Positions 12,400 through 22,500 of a DNA stretch of 64,000 bases are shown here, in pieces. How positions within the stretch are numbered: position 1 is the first letter of the stretch; every line of letters starts with the position of its first letter. The translations under genes were made by a program, and so were the position numbers. This DNA comes from Macrostomum lignano. Lineage: Eukaryota. The notes beneath the pieces are model-generated. The model ran no database searches. It saw only the letters and a program-made list of their open reading frames with translations, and was not told where the DNA came from. The stretch is taken from the NCBI GenBank assembly GCA_002269645.1, contig NIVC01000038.1, positions 310,001 through 374,000 on the forward strand, written 5' to 3'.

Positions 12400-13128
12400 G
12401 CAATTAGATCAAATAGAAAATTTCTGTCAAGTCTGTAAATGTTCATGAGGGAGTTGTCAGGCTGTCAGTCACTGCAGAGTACATTAATACGCAATGAAAG
12501 TACATGATGATATTTATTTGCATGCTGATTGAGCTTATTCTGAGAGCAGGTGTCTAAATAATCCAGGAGCATGTACACTCAATGCTTTAAGCCGTAAAAG
12601 TACATCTAAAATATTGTCAGAAATATGTGCCCGTAAACTTTCTCAAACAGATTTCTCAAACAGGCAATTGGGTATTGAAGTCCGCAGAACAAAATCGCAG
12701 AAAAAAACCCGCATCAAAGCAGACACGCAGTTTGAATGGAAAAAGCAATTCAGCATGCAGTGTGAATTGAATTGCAGCGCAAATGTGCGAAACTGCAGTT
12801 CATAGCAAGAGGGCTGCTCCCATTCGATGGGTCCCGATGTGCACACTACCCAAAAAGAGCAAAAAGGGGAATGAGTCAGCAACAAGGGATGCACTGATTT
12901 CAGCAGAAAAAAACAAGGAAACCCAACGGTAAAGCACACAGTTTTTATGTCTGGAAGTCTAGTCCAGCGAAACTTGTAAATCTGAGCAACGAAGTCCTCA
13001 GGTCACTGCAGTCTCATCCGACTGCGCTTGGCGTGAGCCCAGCCGTCTCTCTGCTCCGCTGCAGTTTCCATGGCAACCAGGCGACCCAAGTCGGCCCCGT
13101 CTCGCCGCAGCCTCGCCCTCGCCCACAG
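12400..13128 (-). pseudogene. Relic third cGLR paralog: only the last ~40 codons (LWARARLRRDGADLGRLVAMETAAEQRD..SRMRLQ*) plus the shared 3' flank
   Basis: 13003-13128 is near-identical to 17813-17940 and 52723-52850; 12400-12990 aligns with 17040-17810 and 52040-52720. Confidence 0.75.
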
Positions 13129-13244
13129 CTCAATGACGGACAGCTCAATGACCCAACAACTCAATGACCAACAACTCAATGACCAACAACTCAATGACCA
13201 ACAACTCAATGACCAACAACTAAATGACCAACAACTCAATGACC
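13129..13244. repeat. 15-bp tandem repeat CTCAATGACCAACAA, about 7-8 copies
   Basis: Read directly; begins where homology to the cGLR C-terminus stops. Confidence 0.9.
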
Positions 13245-13432
13245 CAGCCTCTAGACAATGGCCAATAGCTCAATGAAAAAGGTGTTGTAATTTCGCTTCA
13301 GTGACGATTTCGGCCAGTCTTTCGTGCTGTCCGAATGACTTTCCAGCTGTGGCTCTCCTCAAAGCCGAGCTGTTTTGCTTCAGAGCGCAGCGCTTCAGGT
13401 CCTTCAGAAAGCGGCCGACTTCGACGCGAGAC

Positions 13433-13593
13433 GGAGAGGCGGGAAAAGGGAGAGGCGGGAGAGGGAGAGGCGGGAGAGGGAGAGGCGGGAGAGGGAGAGG
13501 CGGCAGAGGGAGAGGCGGGAGAGGGAGAGGCGGGAGAGGGAGAGGCGGGAGAGGGAGAGGCGGGAGAGGGAGAGGCGGGAGAGGGAGAGGGAG
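13433..13593. repeat. 15-bp purine-rich tandem repeat GGGAGAGGCGGGAGA, about 10 copies
   Basis: Read directly; produces low-complexity ORFs in several frames. Confidence 0.9.
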
Positions 13594-13890
13594 ATTCAAA
13601 ATTCGAAGAGATCAAAATGAGTCGAGCACTCAAAGGATGCCGGTTGGTGAATGTCTGAGCAGCTGCAGTCACAGCGCACGTATTTCACAAGTTTTATGCA
13701 TGTGAGCCGTGGATTATGGGGAAACTATGGATTTATGGATTTGGCCTCATTAACACTGCCACTCAGGACACGCCATGCTGTTTGCTCAAGTGGCTGAGAA
13801 TATTTTACCTGACTGGTTATTGCCTGCCATCTGGGGTCTGCATGTTCGGAATGAACTTGGTGTGCATTGGTAACTGACTGCGGCAGTGCG

Positions 13891-14170
13891 GATGAGTCAG
13901 TGGCGCCAATACAGATGAGTCAGTGGCGCCAATACAGATGAGTCAGTGGCGCCAATACAGATGAGTCAGTGGCGCCAATACAGATGAGTCAGTGGCGCCA
14001 ATACAGATGAGTCAGTGGCGCCAATACAGATGAGTCAGTGGCGCCAATACAGATGAGTCAGTGGCGCCAATACAGATGAGTCAGTGGCGCCAATACAGAT
14101 GAGTCAGTGGCGCCAATACAGATGAGTCAGTGGCGCCAATACAGATGAGTCAGTGGCGCCAATACAGATG
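13891..14170. repeat. 23-bp minisatellite GATGAGTCAGTGGCGCCAATACA, about 12 perfect copies
   Basis: 23-bp period read directly. Confidence 0.95.
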
Positions 14171-15071
14171 GTCATTCGCACCGAGCCGCCATCACAGCTT
14201 ATAGGGATATATGATGTAACCACGCTCTGGTCGCGGGATAGGGCATGGGAACTTTTTCGAAAGTGCCTCCTATCCCGTGCACCCCCCTGCACAGAGCTGT
14301 CGAGACTCGGCCAGGTCTCCGACCAGGCCTGGAGACTCCCGCTCTGCTGCACCCCCCTGCTGCCTTGGCTCCATCTTCTCTGCCGCCACACTTGCCTTTC
14401 CGGAGCTTCCCCCTCCCTCTTTGTACCTCCCCCTCTACCCTATCTCCCCTGCGCTCTACCCTATTCTTCTTGTACTCTTCCTGACCCCTCTCTTTTTGTC
14501 TCTCTCTGCACTCTTTTCCTGCGCTATCCCCCCTTTTTTTGCGTCTACTTACAGTATTTTGTGTGCTCACCGTCTCCCCATCCCTTCTCAAACTCCCAAA
14601 CGGTGACGCAAGTCGTGTGACCCCTTATTCCCCTCGATGACTCATCGATGACTCACCCCCCTCCCTTGTGCAACCTTTTCTCATGCCATTGTTCTCCTCT
14701 CCAAATTTCTCATGCGACACCCACCCCACCTCCGCTTCTATTGTTCTCGTTTTTGATTCTTTTGTACTCTTTACCCCCACCAATTATCACATTTTCTCCG
14801 ATTTCCTCTTTCTATTGTTCTCGTTTTCGCACCTAATTATCACCTTTTCCCCAATGTTTGCTTTTCTATTGTTCTCGATTCTCCCCAATTATTCCCGATT
14901 TCCGATTCCTTTGTTCTCGATCCCAGCCCCATTGTTCTCAATGTTTGCTTGCGCAACACTTTCGCGACCACCCGCTGCGCCAATTATCCCCCCACCCCAC
15001 CTCCGGATTGCGCAATTCTCCCATTTCTCATGTTGCTATGCCGGTCTTATGTTTCTCATTATGACTATTTC

Positions 15072-15152
15072 TGACGTCATTCTGCCGGCAGCCAATCAGA
15101 GAGAGGGAGTCATGGAAACGACCTTGGAGAGGCGGCTGTGAAGGCTATAAAA
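15072..15152 (+). promoter_or_regulatory. Compact Pol II promoter-like module (CRE, CCAAT, TATA), possibly in a solo LTR
   Basis: TGACGTCA 15072-15079, CCAAT 15092-15096, CATGGAAAC 15111-15119, TATAAAA 15146-15152; GTAAGT donor at 15471. Confidence 0.45.
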
Positions 15153-16401
15153 GGAAGCGATTTCGGCATGAGAATCCTCAACTGAGTTTATCTCTGTTCC
15201 TCTCCTCGTCCTTCTTTGGACTTGCGGTCAGACATTGCTCTGACCTTCCCGTCTATCAGACGAACCCCTGCCGGTCCGTCTGTTACCGCCAAGTTATCTT
15301 CAGCTCCCCAAGCGAGCTCGCCTATCGGCCAGCGGTCTGATACCGCCCAGCATCATCAGCATCGCCTGATCTACATCAGCGCCTCGTCGCTTCACTGTCC
15401 GCCTGACTGCAGCCTACAGCCGCCCTCGGTCACTCCGTCTCTCTCTCTCTCTCTCTCTGTGCAGCTGCCGGTAAGTTCCTGTTACTGATTTGTGCTCTAA
15501 TCGCCTTTGCTTATCCGGGGTTTGCCTATTTGCCATTGCTTAATTAGAGAGCTGAGCCAATTGTGATACCGTAACCTTTGCTGTATTTTACTCAATAGTG
15601 AAGCCGCCTAATTGCCTGACTATTTGCCTAAGGGCCTAATTATTAACTATTAACTAACCTCATCATTATTCACTCTTTCACCATCATTTCACCCATGGCT
15701 TGCTAAGCCTTTCTCCCGGGGTGGCGAAGCATAAGGAAGTTTGGGTAAGCTAATGGCCTCTCCCCGTGCAAAGCTCGCCTATGAGTGCGTGCTGCGGGTC
15801 CGTGTCTGCGTGCTGTAGAGGGGATTAGCGGTTCATGGCACAGAATGGCAGCAGGAAGATTGCAACACCCTGCTTACGCGTCCCTTCGCCCTGAGCAATC
15901 TAAACTATATAGCTAGTGCATGTTCACCTCACACTATTCTTAGTAATTGACGCCGCAAGTCCGCCTCGCTCACAGCCACAAAGGATCCCCTGCTGAGAAA
16001 TCCTCCAGATTTAGCCCAGAGTTCCCGATCATGCCCCAAGCAGAGTCCCTGTACTCGGCTGCATGTGTCTCCCCTGTTAGCCTAAATCTCCTGGTAACCA
16101 TCCCAGGCGGGGCTCTAGCCTCGAGAGGTCTGGTAGAAAGATCCAGGTGCGCCAGGTCACATAGAGTGGTGGCAGCCAACTATTGCACCTTGGCTACAGG
16201 TGGGGTCCATGTGGGTCCTTGGCCCTCTGGTCACAAAGCGCTACCAAAGCTACCAATCATGTGGGCGGGACAGTCTGGTGCTGGAGGTCCGTCAGGTCAT
16301 TGCCCGGTCATAGGCAGCCTACGGTCATTGCCCCCTCTAGTCATGCGTTCGTCTCTCTACGGAGCGGACAGGCGACAAGGGCGGTTACATCATATATATA
16401 A

Positions 16402-16729
16402 TGATTAACTTTAGGGATCTTGCAGGTGATTAACTTTAGGGATCTTGCAGGTGATTAACTTTAGGAATCTTGCAGGTGATTAACTTTAGGGATCTTGCAG
16501 GTGATTAACTTTAGGAATCTTGCAGGTGATTAACTTTAGGGATCTCGCAGGTGATTAACTTTAGGAATCTTGCAGGTGATTAACTTTAGGGATCTTGCAG
16601 GTGATTAACTTTAGGAATCTTGCAGGTGATTAACTTTAGGGATCTTGCAGGTGATTAACTTTAGGGATCTCGCAGGTGATTAACTTTAGGGATCTCGCAG
16701 GTGATTAACTTTAGGGATCTCGCAGGTGA
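16402..16729. repeat. 25-bp minisatellite TGATTAACTTTAGGGATCTTGCAGG, about 13 copies
   Basis: 25-bp period read directly. Confidence 0.95.
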
Positions 16730-17812
16730 ATGGCTTTAAAAATGTTGTCTTGTATCCCTGTATTACATGAAAATTTCGCGTTGTACAGTCAAGAAATAAA
16801 TTAACAAAACTTGTTTTGCAGGACTAAAACATCAAAAAATGTTTGAGACTTGCGTTACTATGAGCAAAATAATGTTATTAAAAATTCATGCACGCATTTT
16901 TCATTAATTTTAATTTTAGCTGGATAAAGATTCTAAAAATTTTAACAAAACAAGTTTTCATATCAGATCAAACTATTTTATCATTTTTCTTTTGGTTTTT
17001 ACAATATGATCACATTGACAGAATTAAGATGAAAACAGAATTGTAACAGATGTTGATTAGGCTGTCAGTCACTGAATGTTCATGAGAACATGATGAAATC
17101 AATTTGCAGTCTGATTCAGAGGATTCTGAGAGCAGGTGCTTAAATAATCGAAGAGCATGTACACACAATATTTGAAGCGATATAATAAGAACATCTTTAG
17201 AAACATATTTATCAGAAATATGTGAAGCAAAATTTCTCAAACAGCTCGCGAAAAAGCTAGAGAAGCTTACAAAATTCCGAGTACAACTCAAGCTGCTGCA
17301 TCAAGTCTCTCCAGCTTCTCCCTGACCCAGCCGACCTTCGGATCTTCCAGTTCATTTGCATTTGGCTTGAATATTTCATTAAAAAGCATTGGCAATTGGG
17401 TATTGAAGTCCGCAGAACAAAATCGCAGAGAAAAGCCCGCATCAAAGCAGACACGCAGTTTGAACGGAAAAAGCAGTTCAGCATGCAGTGTGAATTCAAT
17501 TGCAGCACAAATATGCAAAACTGCAGTTCATAGCAGGAGGGCTGCTCGCACTCGATGGCTCTCGACTTGCTCATTTCCTAGAAAAGCAACAAAGTCAACA
17601 AGAAAAAATCCATAAACAATAAATTAAGATTATTCATTGTCAAAGGATATTTTGGCATCTAAAAAGAATTAAACTAAAAACTAAAAAACTTACCGACTCA
17701 ACTAATTTCAACAGAAAAACAAGGAAACCCAATTGTAAAAGTACACTGTTATAATTAGGGCTGAAAGTAAAGTGCAGAAAAACTTGAAAATCTGATCAAC
17801 GAAGTCCTCAGG

Positions 17813-19503
17813 TCACTTCAGTCTCATCCGACTGAGCTTGGCGTGAGTCCAGCTGTCTCTCTGCTCCGCTGCTGTGTCCATGGCAACAAGGCGACCCAAG
17901 TCGGCCCCGTCCCGCCGCAGCCTCGCCCTCGCCCACAGCCTCCGCTCCTCATCTTCCCTGCTGCGGTGAGCGCCGCTGTCGCTGCCGCTGCGATTCGAAA
18001 CTCGCCACCGCTTCTGCCCGACCCAGCCGATCTTCTCCTCGTCCTGCGTCTCCATGGCGACGCGTCCCTCTTTCTCGATCATCTCCATCTGCTGCAGGCT
18101 GAGCTCCACGTGCTCGCGGCAGTCGCTGTAGTGAGCCAGAGTGAGCAGCTCCTCTAAGTCCGGGTCACCATGCAGCACCTCGGAGTCCGGGTTACTCCGC
18201 ACCTGCAAGAGCGGGTATCTCCGCAGCTCCTCCAAGCGCCGATATCTCTGCAGCTCTTCCAACTCCGGGTCTCCAAGCAGCTGTTCAATCCAATGATCGA
18301 ATGCGATTGCAGGTGCGCGATTGCGGAGCAGCTCAGCTTGGAGACTCCAGCTCAGGCAGCGGAAGTTCACGTACAGGTGGGAGGAGAGAGGCTGCGACAG
18401 TCTGGCTGTGAACAGAATCTGCGTGAACTCGGGAAGGAATGGGAAGCGAGGCGGAGAGTCGCAGGGGAGACAGAACCTCCACACCCAGTCTGAGTCTTCT
18501 GACAGTTTTATCTTGATCCGGTACACGCTACTCTCGTCTCGAATATCCTGTGGCTTCAAACCTGACTCAAACTGATGTCTCTGCAGCTCCATCGCGAGTC
18601 TCTCAGCCTCCTCAGATTCTCCGAACTTCAAATGCGCCATGGCGGTCATGCACATTGCGGCGCACTTGCACCACTGCAGCTCATGCAGGAGACTGAGGTG
18701 CTTCATCAGGGTGTCTCTGTCGCTCGATTCCGACTGCAGCTCGCTCACACACTGGTGCACCACACTGTACACGTTTGCGAACTTTGAATAATTTCCTTCC
18801 GTGATCTCCGTGACAGCAGGCGGCGCTGTCAGAGGCAGCAGAGTGAACGGGTGAAAGTAGAACTTCTCTGACTGCAGAGGTCTCACGAGTGTCTTCAGCT
18901 GCTCGACCACTCCGCCGATGTCGCTTCTCAGCTCACAAATTCGGTCTCGAACCCTCGCCTTCGTGTTGTCGAAGTCGCCGCCGATTCCAGCGTTCTTGAA
19001 GTAGAGCGGAGCGTCGGGCATGAAGAAGTGCGGCATGCACTCATCGGGCGAGCTGCTCGAGTCGATAAAGCTCAGCATCATGTCGAGAGACTCCTTGAGC
19101 AGAGCGATCAGATTGTGGGGCTGCCAAGCCTCAGTTTTAGGATTTGTGCCATGCTTCTCCAGCATTGTGAAGAGCAGAGTCTTTGCATGGTAGGTCTTGA
19201 GTCCAGGTGTGTCCAGAGTGAGCGGCAAGTGTCTCTTGAAGATGAACTTGATGAGTGTGAACAGCTGGCCCTGGACTGTGCTCAGCCGTCTCATGATCCG
19301 TTTCTCTTGGAAGCTGAAGCTCACTCTGAGCTCGTTGGTCGAGCTTGGTCTGGTCGCCCGAACGAGGTGAACATTATTAGGACTTTCTCCAAGCAGTTTT
19401 GCAATTCTATCCTTACAAAAACTGCTGCAGCACCGGATCGCATGGCACGTGTCCTGTGCAGGCCGCACACCGCACGCCGTGGCTGTCACTGCAGGTTGGC
19501 TGC
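17813..19503 (-). CDS. cGLR-A terminal exon: Mab-21 domain plus helical C-terminal extension
   Basis: 558-aa ORF; Mab-21 helical-lobe motifs; acceptor CTCTGCAG at 19504, in frame with the upstream exon. Confidence 0.9.
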
Positions 19504-22500
19504 CTGCAGAGCGCAGTGAGAGTCAGATTGTGGCCAGTGAAAAAGATGACTCTGTTTGAAACTGCTTTTTTAGTTTTTCAAAACCCATGAACTCATCGGA
19601 GTTGATGCGATTTACCGGATTTTACAACTTTTTAAAGCTTTTTATTTTTTAATTCTTGATTTGATTGCATAGCAATAGGACAGGACAGGCTTTCTCAGTT
19701 TTCAGCTCAAGCATCATCAGGAATCAGTGCCCAGCAGCAAGGCACCAATCAGGCAGTCAAAGGGAAGGGCGGCTTCGGCTTATTTTGTCACACTTTAAAG
19801 GTATGAGGCAGCTCTGAATGCCTTGTGAATTTCAAATACTTTGATGATAAACCCAGCCTCACTCACCAGCTCCCACTGACACCTGTGCGTGGCCCTCCTT
19901 GATCTTCAGACAAGTGTCGTATCTGCAAAAGTCCTGGCTACTATTTTGTTTGCAGCCACCTTCCAGATGAAACTTTTGCCCAGCAACCAGCACAGTCCAG
20001 TCAATGTCCGAGTCTGCAGCTGTCCTGCCGTTCACTTTCACCAGACTGTTGGCCCAGCCCTCTGCGTAGCTGCCCGTCATCTGCCTGCCATCCTGTGTGA
20101 GGACTCGAGCGACTCCTTCCAGCCAGTCAGCCAGTCTCTGCTGACACTTTGCTCTCTGCTCGGTGAATCCCGCACCGTTGAGCAGTCGATGCAGCTCCTC
20201 GCTCAGGCGCATGTCTTGCTGGGAGTCGTCTGAGAGCCTGGAATGATCCGAGATGCGTGTGGGTGACTAGCTCAGAGTTGGATGGACAGAACATGCAGGA
20301 GAGCTGAGAGTGCAGCTGCTGCAGCACTCAAACCGGCATCTCAAGCAAGACAGCTGAGAGTGCAGCAGCATTCAGCCCCTACTAACCCAACCTCAACCCG
20401 GCTGCAATTTCTGCTCCAAGCTGTCTTCCTGCTGGAAGGCGCAATGCGGCAGTGAAAGCCGAACCGGTCAGACTCACCGATGGAGGCCCGAATCCAAGCG
20501 GTGAGTAGCTTCCTGACGGGCTTCTGGGCTTCTGCAATGCGGGAAGGAGAGCCATGCAGGCTTTTCACAGAAGAGAAACTGAGCCAAGTAATTGACTTTG
20601 AGGAGCAAATATTTTTTTTGACACAATGCACACTACGTTTCTGAAAATACTTAATGAGAAAGCAGAAATGCATTGGCAGTTGTGTGGGGAATGCGCCGCG
20701 CCTAAGCCAGCCCTGCTTCATTTCACTGGCGGTTGTCAGCCCCTTTATTTTTGCTCTTCGCCGGCCAGAGTGGGGGCACCACAGCCTAGCCTTTTAGGGC
20801 CTGGTTGGCTGAGGCTTGATTTCTAATTTCATTTCTGTTTGTGTTCGCGTTACACCCGTCTCACGCTGATTGGCTGCACAGACTCGAGTCACGATCGACC
20901 CTGTTGTTTTTGTCTTTGGTGGTTACTTAAGTCCCACTTTCCTACCCCTCCCTCTGTTTTTTCTCCACTCCCGCGTGCACTCCGGCTAGCAGCTCTATAA
21001 TTCTACTGAGAACCCCTGCAGTCCACTTTATCGAACTTCTTAGCCAGCTCCAGATTGCTCCCAGATTCCTTCGTTAGCCGCACTAAAAACTCACCCCGCT
21101 CTGGTGGGATCTAGAAGCCGCAGCACCTGCCGCTGCTCGAATCGCTGTGCCACCTGCGCACACGTCAGACCCCGACCGTCTCGATGGCTGGTTTCGGCTC
21201 TTCTGTCAATCAGAGCCTTGGCTGCTCGCGCGTGACCGGCTTCGCACGCTCGTGACAGAGCAGTCCGACCCTGACTGTCTTCAGCACGCACTGATGCACC
21301 GAGATCGATGAGTTTCTCAATGAGCTCGTGATGACCTGCATCAGCTGCCAACATGAGAGCAGTGGCTCCAGTGCTGTCTGGCAGATCGAAATTTTGTATG
21401 CTAAATCGCTTATCATTGATCAGTGTGACAGCAAGAGCGACGTGTCTTTGAGAGATGGAGAGACGAAGAAGCTGTGTGATGCGAGCTGGCTGCATTCGAG
21501 AGAGGGTGTCGGTGAGAACAGAGTTCCTGCCTTCGATCGCCATTGCTGCAGTGAAGCTGAGAATGGAGTTGGATTGGAAGAGCCAGTCGGGCTCGAGGCC
21601 GAGGAATGCAACGACATTTTCCTGAAGATAGGAGCAAGCCGCGACTGCGCATTGCAAACGGAGATTCGTTCTCTGATCCGGACTTGAGAGGCTCGAGATG
21701 AGGAACATGACGACTTTCAATTGACCACTTTTTGCAGCAGATTTGGCAGCTTCCATGCGGCAATCATCTTTTGCTTTATCAGCGACCGTCTGCAGAAGAA
21801 ACTTGACGACTTGTAGGTGACCCTTTTCTGCAGAAGATTCGGCGGCTTGGATGCATAAATCATGTTTTTTAGTTTGGTCAGCGACTGTGTGGACAAGAAA
21901 CTTGATGACTACTAGGTGACCACTTCTTGCAGCAGATTGGGCAGCTTGGATGCATAAATCATCTCTTTTAGTTTGGTCAGCGACTGTCTGGACTAGAAAC
22001 TTGACGACTTCTAGGTGACCATTTCTAGCAGCAGATTGGGCAGCTTGGATGCGGAAATAATCTTTTTTAGTTTGATCAGCGACTATCTGGACAAGAAAGT
22101 TGACGACTTCTAGGTGACCTTTTCTAGCAGCAGATTGGGCAGCTTGGATGCAAGAATCATCTTTTTTAGCTCGATCAGCGACTGTCCGGACAAGAAACTT
22201 GACGACTTCCCATTGACCAAAGATTGCAGCTGAATGGGCAGCTCGGATGCAGGAATCATCTTTTTTAGCTCGATCAGCGACTGTCTGAACAAGAAACTTG
22301 ACGACTTCTAGGTGACCCTCCATTGCAGCGGAATCGGCAGCTTGGATGCAGGAATCATCTTTTTTAGTTTGGTCAGCGAATGTCTGAACAAGGAACTTGA
22401 CGACGTCTAGGTGACCTTTTATTGCAGCATATTCGGCAGCTCGGATGCAGCAATCATCTTTTTTAGTTTGGTCAGCGACTGTGTGGACAAAAAACTTGAC

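Noticed and set aside
13270-13705. Pro-rich, RGG-rich and Glu/Arg-rich ORFs
   Set aside because: All arise from the 15-bp purine repeat. The short unique tail (RFLKDLKRC..) could not be assigned.
16402-16729. Interstitial telomere (TTAGGG inside the unit)
   Set aside because: One hexamer per 25-bp unit and absent in the AGGAAT variants; not a tandem TTAGGG tract.
19028-19519. Conserved plus-strand 163-aa ORF (also 54190-54681)
   Set aside because: Antisense to the cGLR exon; conservation follows from the sense-strand gene duplication.
20478-20555. ATG near 20555 as the cGLR-A start (MALLPALQKP..)
   Set aside because: Absent in copy B and gives a phase-0 end that does not match the conserved phase-2 acceptor.
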